From NCBI GenBank assembly GCA_040954595.2, contig JBECUI020000035.1, forward strand, positions 62,001 through 126,000: a stretch of 64,000 nucleotides of DNA. The letters are read 5' to 3'. The DNA is from Balanoglossus misakiensis. Its lineage: Eukaryota > Animalia > Hemichordata. Both the position numbers and the translations under genes were made by a program. Below the pieces are notes generated by a model that was given only the letters and a program-made list of their open reading frames with translations, made no database searches and was not told where the DNA came from. Positions 24,901-39,059 of the stretch are shown here, in pieces (position 1 is the first letter of the stretch; every line of letters starts with the position of its first letter).

Positions 24901-27900
24901 TACTTGGGTTACCTCATGGAACAAGCAAACCAAAATTTAAATGCAACCTGACCTGACATGGAGTTTCAGAGAAAATGATTTTTGACCAAAAATGACAAAA
25001 TTATATTTCCCAAAAATTACAAATTTTGCCACAATTTAAACAATACTAACAAAGATTACCTATAGGAAATAGCTTACTAAATTATAGATACAATTCACGA
25101 TATTAGCTGAAAGTATATCAGGCGTGACATAGGCTACATGCATACAAATGTTCAAAGCAATCTGACCAGTTGTTGAGTTTCTGAGTTTTGATCAATTTCA
25201 CATTGCTCCAGGTAATTAGCATATTTCATTTGAACAGGCGTGCCTGCATCTAAAAACCCAATATCAAGACTTACCACACAGACTCTGTATTGTATGTTTC
25301 TGGAGTAATCAAATAAAACCAATCATGAAAATACTTCAACCTTCTTAATATGAACAAAATCCTATTTACAGGCTGGCCTACATCTACACACCAAATATCA
25401 AGGGGATACGCGAAGGGGTTTTCAAGTTTTTGATGTGGACAGACATACATACATCCATACATACTACATACACACATACAGAGGCAACTGACTGGTCAGA
25501 AGGCATGAGCAAAAATGCAGGAAATCAATGTTGTGACACTGGTAGTAGGCCTTAATGTATACAATATCAAGACAGTTTATTTAACATGAAGTTTGATATG
25601 TTCATAATCATTCAGAGCTAAGCATATTTTGAAATTGTAAAATTAATATCAATCACATGAAAACTGACAGCATGCTTTCATTTGGGAATTTAGGTATTGT
25701 AATTAACACTAACAGTCATGAAACTATTGAATCGTCAATAAAATCATACAGTAGAAATTAATGGGTTTTCTATTTATATGCGATATGAAAATGCAACTTG
25801 TGGTCCTTCGGCCAGTAAGAGGCATCAGATAATATTGTAAGACCCAGTTGCCCAATTGATTAGACCTACATGTATGCGCTGTGTGAAGCGCAAGTTATGG
25901 CAACTGAATTCACAGGACACTGAAGAAAGTGGAATCACTCAAGGTACATATGTATACATGTAGGCTAACAATCACAACACAGAGAATAGTTCTCCATATT
26001 CATTTTTAATACGATAAGATTCACTGAATTGGCGCATCCATGGGCAGGCAAGGTTAGTTCCAACTCAGTTTGCAAATCAGGCCCATGTATCTTGTTCCCT
26101 GAGACTGTCTGCTTCTAATAATAGCTGTAAGAACATAATCGTTGACCGAATGGTTGGTTCAATTTTGCAACATTTTATGATTTCAAGCTGTGCAATATTT
26201 GCAACTCAGTTTCAACTTTGGTTGGAGGGATGATGATGAAGCAATTTCACTGACAAAATAGCACTACTAACTGACGTCAATATTTGTTCAAAGTTAAATG
26301 CATTGCTATGAGAAAAATGTATACTAAAAGTTTCGTATGTGAATAATAACACTTTTTCGTATAACTGCAAACCCTGTCACAGTTGTGAAATTCTAAGAAA
26401 ATTCATTCATTAGGTAGAATTCGTGCTTTATGAATTCTTAAACAAACTTAGTCATGAAACCTAAATGGTTACCTTACACATGTTGAGGCTCGACTTCTGT
26501 GATATGATAGTCTTTAATTAATGTGTATGTGATTCCATACAAATCCATATGATTACCTGAACATACAAAATAAATTAAAAATAAATACATAAATTAAAAA
26601 TAAATAAGTATCTCATACATATGCATAAGTGCTTGTGAGAAATATATCATATATCTAAATAAACCTGTCATTTATTGACCTCATTTTCCCAGTAAACCAA
26701 AGGACTAAATTGCACTTTAATATTACAGCTTCATTTCAATGCAACAGGTACACTACATCATAAGGGAACAAATATGCCAGCTCAACATTTATATAAACAG
26801 TGTCAAAATATAAGTGGCTACAAAAGCTTGTGTCCCTTCAATCCATTCTCCCACTCAGGTCAAACGTGTTACATATTAAAATTGCAATGTGCATAATATA
26901 CAATTAGTCTTTTGTAAATTCAGACTGAGAAAATATGACTGATAAACATTATCTGGCACATGTTGGTGAATGGCTGGCGCTGATGTTGTGGGTTGAAATC
27001 CGAACTATGATTATCGCGGGTACAAATCACATTTATTTTCTCAGAGACAACACGTTTGCAACTTCGGGACAGAAAGGTGAAAACGAACGTCATTAGTTCT
27101 TGGGAAAAAACTCTGAAATCAATTTCGGTGAGGTCAAATGTGTTCCAAAGGCAAACCGTTTCTGGTAAACAAATCAATGGCAAATAGTTACTTCGGCGAC
27201 TTACCAATCAATCAACATGGCTGCCAAATCGTTGGATATCCCGGTTTCATCTCGCGATCATTCTATCTTCCGATATGGCGTTGCTTGGTTAAATTCGCCT
27301 CTTCTTTGCCGACATAGTCGGGCGACAGCGGTCCAGAAGCATATACAGCGACGCCATCTTGTTTACAATGTGAAGTATCAACTGCGCATGCTCAATGGTT
27401 GTTGATTGGAAAGTGGGCAGAGCCTGCAAGATCCAGGGTTCGCTTGACCGGCCAAACGCGGTTATTCTCCCTAGACCAAATCATTTAAGCGTCAGGCGTA
27501 ATACATCACATAATTGACTGGAAAACTAAACAGTCTTCCACCTATATATCAACACAGTTTATTAAACCAGCACCCGCGCAAATATTCACAAGTATATGAT
27601 TAAAATTGATCTAATCATTAATCGCACGGTTACAGCTGTCATAGTTTCTAATAATATTATTCACTGGTAGCGCTGACATACCATGTTGAAACTTGTCGCG
27701 GAAAACAAGATAATTGATCTTACGGTGTCATTTGTTTTTAAAAAGTGCTTAATAACTATTGATCCCATTGATATATTTTTTCCATATTTATATATTTTTC
27801 GCAAATTTTGACTGCTTGGGCTACTAATAGCATGGTGATCACAATGGATTTACCACCTCCCAGCTGCGTTATAAAAGAATGCCTATTCTGTGGACACTAG

Positions 27901-27940
27901 CCTCATCGAAGACCGAACGTGTTCATCGATGTTTCCATTC

Positions 27941-28027
27941 ATGACGAACTCCAATGCAGGCGTCGCAGTCATTCTGGCTTTCACGCTGTGGGCACCTCTG
28001 GTGACAGCAATTCCCAACAAGTTGCGG
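27941..28027 (+). CDS. Signal-peptide first exon of a secreted protein (probably pseudogenised)
   Basis: TATAAAA at 27870; MTNSNAGVAVILAFTLWAPLVTA-IPNKLR; donor CGG|GTAAGT. Confidence 0.5.
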
Positions 28028-29584
28028 GTAAGTAATCACACAACCTATATGAGTGAAAGTTTCTTGTCATTTTCGCAACGTCAAGGTTGATATTCTCTTC
28101 TTGGATCGAAAATGTGTGACACAACAAATGAATCTGCGTGGCAGGGTCGGCTGTGTCTTTTGCTTCGAGGCATAGTCGTCTGTCACGCATCGACGGCTAT
28201 ACGTGAACTAGACAAATCGAATCGAACGATCAAATCTACGAAAATATATTCCACCTGGGGATTTAATTACTAATCATGAAAATATTACCCGTACATCAAA
28301 ATACCATATACAGACATGACAATCAAAACGCCACGTGGTCAAACTTATGAAAATAATCCGTTACAATCTTAACTTATCTTAACTTAACTTAAATCTAATA
28401 AATAAAGTCCGACAAACATCGTCCTCGTTGGCATGCATGTGGAGTCTGGTAATTCATCCAGGTCTTCCTCCTGTCCGACTTGACCGCGACGCAGATACTC
28501 TTCGTGCACTTGCCAAAGTACACCGAGACGTCACCGCACATTCATTCCACACCAGCAATGTCCATTGACAGATCAAAGTTCCGTACGGCTAAACGCCCAA
28601 TTTCAGAACATCTCGACATCAATTCAGTGTAGTGTGCTGGGTTATTAAAATATACCACAGGTTGAGATGAAAAGTGATAGTCAAAACTCACATGGTTGGA
28701 GGATGTCTATGGATCCAAAATCATACACGTCAAACGCTATGGCTGCCATCCTATCAAATCCCCTAGGAAGTAGTCAGACCAGGTGGTCCTCAAGACTCCC
28801 CAAGCTACTAAAACACACGTATTCAATATACTAAATCTCACCACCGAGGGCGTAAACTCTAGAGAGACAATTACAAGTACATACAATTATGCTATATCAC
28901 AGAATATCGTCACACGTAAGACACACATCCCTAACACGCGAAGCCAGCTTATCCTTTGATCAAATGGCAGCGCTATTCTAAATATTTTACAGCATGCCCT
29001 AAAGGACAAACACGTGCCGCTGGAAGAGGCCAACACTCAGCAGAGACGGCAAGATGTTAACAGAGATGAGCCCCAACAATAAATTAATATTGTTCCTTTT
29101 ATTTAGAAAACGCCGCATAATTAGCCAACCAATCATGGTTATGAGAAACCTCCAAAATACAATGTATCGATATTTACTGCATCTGTTCATACTTCGCCCG
29201 CGCTTTAAAAACCCTATAGCTGCTAAAATTGGCATATTTTTTTCCAGAGTACAATACTTCATATGTATATTCCCTATTCCCTAAAATCTTCACCCGTGAC
29301 CATTGAGCCATATTACTTGCATTTGCATTGGTTTGTCATAACTTGGCGTCGCATTTCACGATAGCTGCTTAGCTGCTATTGTTTGTATGAAGGCTGATTA
29401 AATCGGTGAGGCACCGTTTTAATACATAGCATGTTCCAATTGCAACATGCAGTCACAATCGGGCATCGATAAGATGTTTATGTATACCTATCAGTAAGCT
29501 TATTTTGATGAACCAATTTAAGTTGGAAAATAAAATCATGAAAATAATGCAAAAAGTGGCAGCTTTGGAGGCTTTAAACTACAG

Positions 29585-29758
29585 TTCTCCCAAATTGTCT
29601 TGACTAAATGACATACATGTGGTCAAAAGTTCTGACTGCAGAAGAGGTTGCAGCTCTGGCGGGGGACTGTTCAATTGGAGGAAATATATTTACATGGAAT
29701 ACAGACAATATTGAAATGGCAGCAGAAATAGTTCCTACTGAAAAGAATGCTATCTGCA
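29585..29758 (+). pseudogene. Pentraxin domain C-terminal exon remnant
   Basis: MWSKVLTAEEVAALAGDCSIGGNIFTW matches the pentraxin end motif W..VL...EI..LA.C....GN...W; donor A|GTGAGT; possible terminal exon 30800-30843 (STDLVAVNNNSTP*). Confidence 0.6.
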
Positions 29759-30639
29759 GTGAGTATCACAACTTTAAAATGAAAGATTTTGCAAATTTAA
29801 AAAAAATATTGAGTGTTTTGACATGCGTCAGTGGTCAGTAACACACAAGCTGCATGATAAGAGGGTCACGAGAAATTGTAAGCCGCAATGTATAATGGAT
29901 TAACTCCATGACCTATGCGACCTACGAACTGTGACGTACAGAATTTATTTCTACGTGTAATGCGGTCTGCGGCAGTGAGCCACAGACCGCATTGCGAGAG
30001 CAGTGAGAATTCACCACAATGCAAACTTTCTGAACGTAGGTTGATCTTCGAATGAAATATTACCTTGTCACCGGTTTTCCACATGGCTACACTGTAAAAT
30101 TGGGTGACGTGTTCGTTCACAAGTGGAATAATTGTGAGTAGTAAAGCACGCGAAGTTAAGCAACGAGCACGTTTTGAAATGCGCGCAGATGATCCCAGTT
30201 TAGCAAATTCCATTGCGTGCATGCAAAAAAAATAATACTGTACCGGGGGTGAGCCTACTTTCTTTCCATACAGATACACGTATATGTTGGTTAAGGTATG
30301 TGACAAACAGTTTTCATGTAACAGCCAGTGATGCTGACCATAAAACCAGCGCAGCTGATGCTTTCATCTACAATTTGCAACATGGACGTTTGTGTCTCTG
30401 CATGTGTCGTGCATGTTACTGCTGAACAAAAAAGATATGCGGGCACCACAGGCTGGCGAAAGCGGTGCTCACGTGCTCTGCAAGCTGATGTTGTCACTAA
30501 ATTGGCAAAGTATTGTACACATGGAGGAGTTTCTTGAGCTGTCTGTTGTATAAATGTCGGTTGTGAGTACATTATTTTTTATTTTATTTTAATAATTTTC
30601 AAAGCCCCTATGATTGAAGCATATTATTACGACTCATCC

Positions 30640-30712
30640 GTTCATCATTCATTCATTCATTCATTCATTCATTCATTCATTCATTCATTCATTCATTCAT
30701 TCATCCATTCAG
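30640..30712. repeat. (TTCA)n microsatellite
   Basis: Directly visible. Confidence 0.95.
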
Positions 30713-33208
30713 TCAGTCACTGTACCAATTGAAGACGCCCTTGTATAGGAGAATTTAGCTATGTACTGACTGTCTTTTCATTTTTTCTTCATCCTATAGA
30801 ATCTACCGACCTGGTCGCTGTCAATAACAATTCAACTCCTTAAACATCCTGTGTGTGTGAAGTCTATAAACACTGGCCATGCATTTCAATTCAAGGACAA
30901 AATGAATGCGCAATATTTCGTTTTATCGAGAGTAATGTGCAGTGATTAAATTTGCTAGGGCTCTCTTAGCAGATTTGGAGTTAGTCATTTTGGTAGAAAC
31001 TTTTCGAGATGGGAAATCTTTGGTCATCTAACCAAGTTATTTGTATTTTTGTTATATAAGACAGAGTCATTTCTATATCATAGATGCAAGTTTAATTTAT
31101 AACATGAATTTGAATAAAATATTTTTTTTTAAATATCACCACATGAATTTGAATAAAATATTTTTTTTAAATATCACCAGATTGAAATCTTTGGAAGTTT
31201 GCACTTAGAGGGATGGCATGGCAGTTTTCCACTGTTCATATTACAAAGAATTTGGCGTCACGTGTAGATTTCATGAGTGTTCGAGTTTTGCTCTTCCCAG
31301 CCTCGTACCCACAATCCTCTGATACTTACACTTACGTCAGTTCTATAGCCGCTGACCCACTAGATTCTCCTTATGAATTGCCCAAATTATTTGTTGGTAT
31401 AGTTTTGATAGTTGGTGCACGGAAACTTTTGATCGATTCACGAAATTCAAAATATGTTACATCACAAACCTCATAAAATGGAGGCTAGAGTAGCCTGTTT
31501 GTTTTCAGGTAATTTTACAATTACCTCAATTACCTTTTTTCGAGGGAGGGGGTTAAGAAAACATACAGATTGAAATAACAAGGAAGTGGTATATCAAACC
31601 GAAACCTTATCTCAATCGTGATTCTAGAGTGTTTCCATGTCATGTGACATCCACAAAAATGTGGTATTATCTTGAAAAGAGTCCCGATTTCCCAAACTGG
31701 TTTTGCGAATGTACTTCACTTTGGAGCAATGCATGAGTACATTCGTAGAAAGATATTGCTCCACTATTTACTGACACTCCTCTTGTACTGCAAATATTAC
31801 TGCATTCTGTCAGGGCAAGACAAAAGACACAGCAGAACTGCCAGAATTAAAACAGACAACTGGCAATTTCAATAAACATGTAATAACAAATATATGTAAC
31901 ATTGAATGAGGTGTCCATACAGCTTGGTCATTTAAAGACCTCCAGTCATTGTGACAATGCATAAATATTTATGTACACCATGTTAAAAATTAGTTCAGGC
32001 ATACCTTATACATGTATGTTTTTGACTGACCATATCCTCAGCACGCCCTTTTTTTCAAAAAGACTATCATTATTCTCTGCCAGGCAGAGAGTTGCCGCTT
32101 TCTTGTTAACAATAATATACTATTATAACATTGCATAGATTCCTGTTTGTTTCTGTCCATATCTCACAAACTGTGGTGTGCATACTGTTGAAATGACCTC
32201 AAGAAGAAAATGCCAAATGGAAAAATATTTGACATACTAACCTGTATGATAATGTTATACGGTACAATATATTTAACGGTTCCAATCCAATGTTGAGAAC
32301 TAACAAAACAATTTGAGCAGAATTCATTTAAAATTAATTGCAGTTCCGTTTCACCGCATTTCATAGGATGCTGGCTAAAATTCATACTATGGTGGATTAC
32401 CTGTTATGCATTTCTTTCCCTATTTCGTCTGGCAGATTTGAGTTTGACAAGCTGTCATTTTCCTTTCAGCTCCGCAAAATTGATGGATTTACTTTGACAG
32501 CACACAGACTGTCCATTTGTCATCGGAGATACAAGCAGCATCAGGTGCTGAACAGCTTGCAGCGGTGTTGGAAAAGAGTACACAACACTAACTTGCAAGA
32601 GTGCTTTGGCCCTTTCTTCACACTGTCCGAAACTTGTTGTGTTACATCATTGCTTAATGAATAAGAAATACACAGGTATTTAGCGTTCTATTCAATACCT
32701 ACAATAGATAAAAGGGTGTCGGTCTGTATGCGACAATCTTCAATGTTCTTATGAGCACAAGGCTTTATTCAGGGAACGTTTTACAGTAAGAATTATATTA
32801 TATAAACTGAATAGGTTTGCTGTCTGTCAACTCTTCTGTCTTTGTCTTACCGATACGGTTCTAACCGCGAACACTGAGGCTTCTCTGCTCGTACACAGTA
32901 TAAATCAATGGATGATAAAATGCGCCCTCTTTTGGTGAACTCTTCCTACCGCCCGACCTTCTACCTTACATTAAGGCATGTAGGGCGGTCAGGTAGATGG
33001 CAGTGTATTGCAAGCGTCTCTTGCATATTTTTTTCCGCCAGGAATGGCATACATTCGTTTTTGGCGACACCACAACTGCTGGAACTTCTCGAAAAATTGA
33101 GAGCCGGATTTCATAAATGCTCATGTTTTCCGAAGGGCTGAAAGAAGATCCAGAGTTGAATATTTAAATTTGCCTGTGGCAGACATCATAGTGGCTGCCA
33201 GTTATTCT

Positions 33209-33400
33209 ATTTCTTGTGCAAGAGATAGTATCTTGTTCCAGCGAGATGTTTTCTCGTGTGCACGAGAAACATGCTATCTCGTGCATATCTCGTGCGCACG
33301 AGAAAATTGCGAGCGCACTCGTGTTCACGAGAAAATATCACATGCACACGTAAGTCGTGCGCACGAGATAAAAAAATGTGCCCTGTAGTCTTTCTTAGGA
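33209..33400. repeat. MITE remnant built from palindromic TCTCGTGCGCACGAGA units
   Basis: Several imperfect copies of the 16-bp palindrome. Confidence 0.6.
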
Positions 33401-36090
33401 CATGGTAGCGTGACGTCGCATTGTAATTAACGGACGATCTTGGAAATTCGGCTATTAATGGTGAATGGACTTTCGCCTCCTTCGAACAACAACAGAGACT
33501 GACGTCGCAACAATGACAGAAAAAGTGAAGCAAATGGCCGACAAAACGAAGAGAATCGGAAAACGGGCAGGATCCTCGGCACAGACATCTGGGAATAATA
33601 CCACCACATCAAATAGAACGACGAGTAGTGCAGGACAAACCGCCACCAGTGACTATGACAACAAGTCTGAAGGCGATGCTGGCGAACCCTTGAACAATAC
33701 AACTACAGTCCTACAGAGAAATGCAGCCCAGCGCCACTCAAGATTTTCCATTCCTGGTCTGGCAGCAGCCAAAATATGCTGTTGTTTTTTCTCTTAGAAG
33801 CGACCTCAGTCTGAGCTGCATGAGAATAAACTGTAGGTTGGGAATACAACAAAAAAACACGCAGTCGCTGCGGTCAACACGTAGCTATTAGTTTCATATA
33901 GTATTATGTTCGCTACAGCTCGGAAACCAAAATGTGGTACAACTTCAAGCTACATAAACTGGAAAGCATAGTACGTGCAGAGCAGACCATGGTGACGAAA
34001 GCAGGTATTCTAGGTCGTAAGATAAAAACACGGCGCTAGAAAAACAGTCATCAAAAGTTGCACGTGTTCCCCGGCCACAAATAATGTAATTGTTGGCGCA
34101 CAGAAAGTCCAGTCGATAAACGTTTACGCTATAGAAACTCACTCTCTCAGCAAAAGTCTGACACCCTCGTCAATGACAAAACGCAAACCGAGCTGGGTAT
34201 GATCAAGTCAAACATAGGGCCAATCCCCACTCTATGTTTTATTATTTTCCACATACGATGGTTCTAAATAAAAATGTACCTATTTGAAATGCTTACCGAG
34301 GTAAGATCATTGAAAGTTTTCAAACGTTGATGACAAATGTATAACTGATTTTTTACAAATGAATAATCGCGCACTTGCATGTTATTTTCTCTATACCAGA
34401 CACCGCGCGCGCGCCGTTGGCAAAAAAAAAAACGCGGAAAATTATTGAGCATGCGCAGTCGATACTTCACATTGTAAACAAGATGGCGTCGCTGCCTATG
34501 CTTCTGGACCGCTGTCGCCTGACTATGTCGGCAAAGAAGAGACGAATTTAACCATGCAACGCCATATCGGAAGACAGAATGATCGCGAGATGAAACCGGG
34601 CTATCCAACGATTAGGCAGCCATGTTGACTGATTGGTATGTCGCCGAAGTAATTATTTGCCATTGATTTGTTTACCAGAAACGGTTTGCCTTTGGAACAC
34701 ATTTGGCCTCACCGAAATTGATTTCAGAGGTTTTTTCCCAAAAACTAATGACGTTCGTTTTCACCTGAGTGCGAGGATGGATTGAAGGGACACACGCTTT
34801 TGTAGCCACCAATATTTTGACACTCTTTATATCAATGTTGAGCTGGCATATTTGCTCCAATATGATGTAGTGTACCTGTTGCATTGAAATGAAGCTGTAA
34901 TAATATTACAGTGCAATCTAGTCCTTTGGGTTAATAGGAAAACGAGGTCAATAAATGACAGGTTTATTTAAATACAGGATATATTTATCACAAGCACTTA
35001 TGCATATGTATGAGATACTTATTTATTTTTAATTTATTTTTTATTTTTTATTTATTTTGTACGTTCAGGTAATCATATGGATTTGTATGGAATCACATAC
35101 ACATTAATTGAAGACTATCATATCACAGAAGTCGAGCCGCCAGATGTGTAAGGTAACCATTTAGGTTTCATGACTAAGTTTGTTTAAGAATTCATAAAGC
35201 TACCCAATGAATGAATTTCCTTAAAATTTCACAAATGTGACAGAGTTTGCAGTTGTGCAAGAAAGTGTGTATTATTCACATAAGAATTTTTTCGTATGCA
35301 TTTTTCTGATGGCAATGCATTTGACTGTAAACAAATATGGATGTCAGTTAGTAGTGCTATTTTGTCAGTGAAATGGCTTCATCATCATCCCTCCAACCAA
35401 AGTTGAAACAGAGTTGCAAATATTGCACAGCTTGAAATCATAAAATGTTGCAAAATTGAACCAACCCTTTGGTCAACGATTATGTTCTTACAGCTATTAT
35501 TAGAACCAGACAGTCTCAGGGAACAAGAGACATGGGCCTGATTTGCAAGTTGAGTTAGAACTGCCTTTGCCTGCCCACGGACGCCCCAATTTCAGCAAAA
35601 ATTATTGCATTAAAATATGAGTATGGAGAACTATGCTCTGTGTTTCTTTTGTTAGCTTACATAGCTGTTGTCATTCTAGTTTTTCCTCCGTCCTGTGAGC
35701 AGAGTTTCAGTTGCGAAAACCGACAGTTCTCAAAGTACAAAAGTACACCTAAATTGCCTCGGTGATGAGCATGCAGAATTTATCTGATGCTTCTTACTGG
35801 CAGAAGGACCCCACCAGTTGCAGATTGTGAATTCCATGGCACAAGGGAATTTACGCTTTGCGTTCAAATATAAATAATTAAATCCTGTAAAATTATTCTA
35901 TATGTTATTTATTGATGATTCAAAAGTGTTATGACTGATTGTGTTAGAGTACCTGTATTCCATATAAGCATGCTGTCAGTGCACATCCGATTGATAACAA
36001 TTTCACATTTTTAAAAATTTGCTTCTCTGAATAATTATGAATACATAAAACTTCATATGATATAAATTGTCCTGATATCGTAAACATTAA

Positions 36091-36545
36091 ACCCCGATGC
36101 GTGGTATAAAAGACCCCCCAAATCAGTGGCGAATCTTAATGCCGTTTGACTGACAACAGACAACACCAACGATCTTGGCTCTAACGATCTTGGCTCTATG
36201 AAAATCGGCCCAAACAGATCCAAGCATAAAGAATTACACCACACAACGACAGTGGTTGGCTTTATAAACACACACAACATAAAGTTATCGATGAAAAAGT
36301 ACACGAGCTTTTGAAACAACGATGATTTTGGGAGAAATCTGGTTTCAGTGCTTTTCAGAAGCATCCCTGGGAAACAATAACCACGCCATTCAAACAGCTG
36401 TCAATCGCATAGAGGTGTAAAGTGTTCAATTATTTTCTATGTACATGAGATCAATTACACAGTTATTATGCACGACGACCACTCCCAAATAAACAACTGT
36501 ACAAACACACGTTAATCCGAACCCCAGTACTTTCCGCACCGGGGT
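36091..36545. mobile_element. TTAA-targeting MITE (piggyBac/Kolobok-like target)
   Basis: TTAA|ACCCCGATGCG ... CGCACCGGGGT|TTAA; single TTAA at the paired left-arm site (~25552). Confidence 0.85.
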
Positions 36546-36593
36546 TTAAGGCCTAATGCTAGTGTCACAACATTGATTACCAGACCGTTTCCC

Positions 36594-36661
36594 TATGTAT
36601 GTATGTATGTATGTATGTATGTATGTATGTATGTATGTATGTATGTATGTATGTATGTATG
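36594..36661. repeat. (TATG)n microsatellite
   Basis: Directly visible. Confidence 0.95.
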
Positions 36662-37671
36662 CAGCCATGTATGCATGTGTTTGTGTGTGTGTGTACATGT
36701 GTGTCTGCATGTTACATGTATATATGGATGTATGTCTGCCCTGATCCAAAACATGAAACCACGCTTTTTTATTTTGGTGTGTAGATGGGATTTTGCTTAA
36801 ATGAAGTTGTCATTGCAAAAATGCGCAAATAACCTGTGAAATATGTGGAATTGATCAAAACTCAACAACTGGTTAGACTGCTTTGAACATTTGTATGCAT
36901 GTAGGTAATGTCATCATACCTGATATACTTTGAGTTTATATCGTGAATTGTCTATTTTTTATGCAATTATTTTGTCTTGTTTTACCATTTGAAAAAAAAT
37001 CTTTTCCTCTTAAAGAGATTGGCTGATTTCTTTAGAATTTAGTATGACACTTCCGGTAGGTGATCATAGTTGGTTTTGTTTAAATTGTCGCAGAATTTGT
37101 AATCTGTCATTTTTGGTCAAAATTCATTTTCTGAGAAACTCCTTAGATTGCTTTTAAATTTTGGTATGCTTGTTCCAAGAGGTAACCCAAGTAATGTTGT
37201 ATATCATTTTGGTGAAATTTACATATTGTGGTCTTGGGGCAATTTTTGCAATTTGTATTCTTTGAAACTACTAGTCAGATTGCTTTCAACTTTGGTAGGC
37301 GTGGTGATTGAAGTAGATATTATACAATTTGTTGATAGTTGGATAGATGTGGTTTGAGGCAGTTTTTGTCATTGTTGAATGTTGTTTTCCCTAAAATACT
37401 TGTCTGGTTCCTTTGAAATGTTCTTACAGAAGGTCATATCTGCTTGCCAATGTCACATGATTTTTCCCATGAACACAGACATACCTAATTTTGTGTAATC
37501 CCCAGATGGGACCACAGTGTGTAATAACCTGACCAACAGTGACTAGTATATCCTGTGTGTTATACAGTACTTCTCACAAGGTTGAAGTACATGTAGACTG
37601 TTGATGATTTTTTGCGATTCTTCAGAAACTTACAATACAGAGTCTAATGTGGTAACGTCCATGGTCACATT

Positions 37672-39059
37672 AGTCCTGTTTCAAAATGACCTACATTACA
37701 CGTCCTATACACATGTATTGCATGTTTTGATTGGTTTATCCGCTTCTCTTAGGTCCACTTGCGGCACGCTGATTGGAGGGACCTTGTAGGTTAGGTCTTA
37801 TTATTATGTATTATTCACTAGACCTTGTAGGTTAGGTCTTATTACTATGCATTTTTCGCTTTACAGCTCCCTGATTGGTTAACGTGTCAGTCTGGTCCCC
37901 CATGTGTTCACTGCCTCATAATACAGGACCTTGTAGGTTAGGTCATATTAATATGTATTTATTCACCATACAGCTCCCTGATTGGTTAACGTGTCAGTCT
38001 GGTCTCCCAGTGTTCACTGCCTCATTGTGAAATGTCCCATGTGCTTCCTGGCTAGCGTTGTGGTAACACATTATTCGGGATGTCCGCAGATCATTCATTA
38101 ATTTTCTGAGAAATAGCCTGACTGATACTATCTCCAACATAAACCGCACCCTGGAAAGATTAAATGATTTTTAGATGGACTTTGAAAATCTGATTAACAC
38201 ATCTAAGCATTTTTGCTAACAGTTGTATATTTTCTTAAATCACCCTCCTACTTCTCATCATCAATATTATTATTGTTGTTTTACTATTTTAAAGTAAATT
38301 TGTTTTGACGTAGATGTTGTGAAAAGGAGTACGTTGTCTGTTTATACATTCGTATATTGTTTTCATAAAAATGGAACTATGACGGTGCAGCTTCGTGAAA
38401 GAAGTACAATAAAAGTAATCATACCTGTAAAGCAACTAATGAGGTATCCCAATTAAAGAAATGCAATGCTATTCTAAACAGTTCTATTGTAAGATATTTT
38501 TGGTTTGCTCGAATGAATAGCACACACTTCGTATTCAGCCAGGTGTTACACGAAGTGATGCGCTGAAAAGCATTACATAACAAAACACTAGCCCATTTCA
38601 ACAAACCGCCACTGGAAATAAAATAAAAAAATTCTCCTGGCAATTTTTATTTCGAGTATCTAGTTCACAGTATCACAAAAAAATGCCATGAATAGTGAAG
38701 GAAAGGTTAAATCCAATCATTATATGAGTGCCTTTCTTTATACACTGGGATCGAGCTTCGACAACGCGCAGGCAGCATGCCAGACAGAATACGACAACTG
38801 TATTCAGAAGGACAAAAGACTTTGCATAACGAGGCAGTGAAAATTGGAGACCTACACATTAACCAATCAGGGAGCTGTAAAGTGAATAATACATAGTAAT
38901 AAGACCTAACCTACAAGGTCTAGTGAATAATACATAATAATAAGACCTAACACATAAGGTCCCTCCAATCACCGTGCCTCAAGTGGACCTAAGATTACCA
39001 GATGGACCAATCACAGATGTCGGTACATATGTCATGGACCTGACTTATGAAACATGACT
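37672..39059. mobile_element. Non-autonomous DNA transposon with long TIRs and ATT target duplication
   Basis: AGTCCTGTTTCA...TGAAACATGACT ends, subterminal inverted blocks 37748-37890/38855-38995; empty site GGTCACATTCAGAA in the left arm (~24440). Confidence 0.75.

Larger units (their letters stand above)
16216..27400 (+). repeat. Left arm of giant inverted repeat
   Basis: Collinear reverse-complement similarity to 34445-44525 at many anchors, e.g. 16216-16345/44400-44525, 23020-23630/39895-40505, 27075-27400/34445-34765. Confidence 0.9.

Noticed and set aside
32160-33800. Transposase gene in the palindrome spacer
   Set aside because: Only short interrupted frames and one low-complexity ORF (33465-33797); no DDE or other motif I can support
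36546-36800. YVCM/IHTY repeat ORFs
   Set aside because: Translations of the (TATG)n microsatellite
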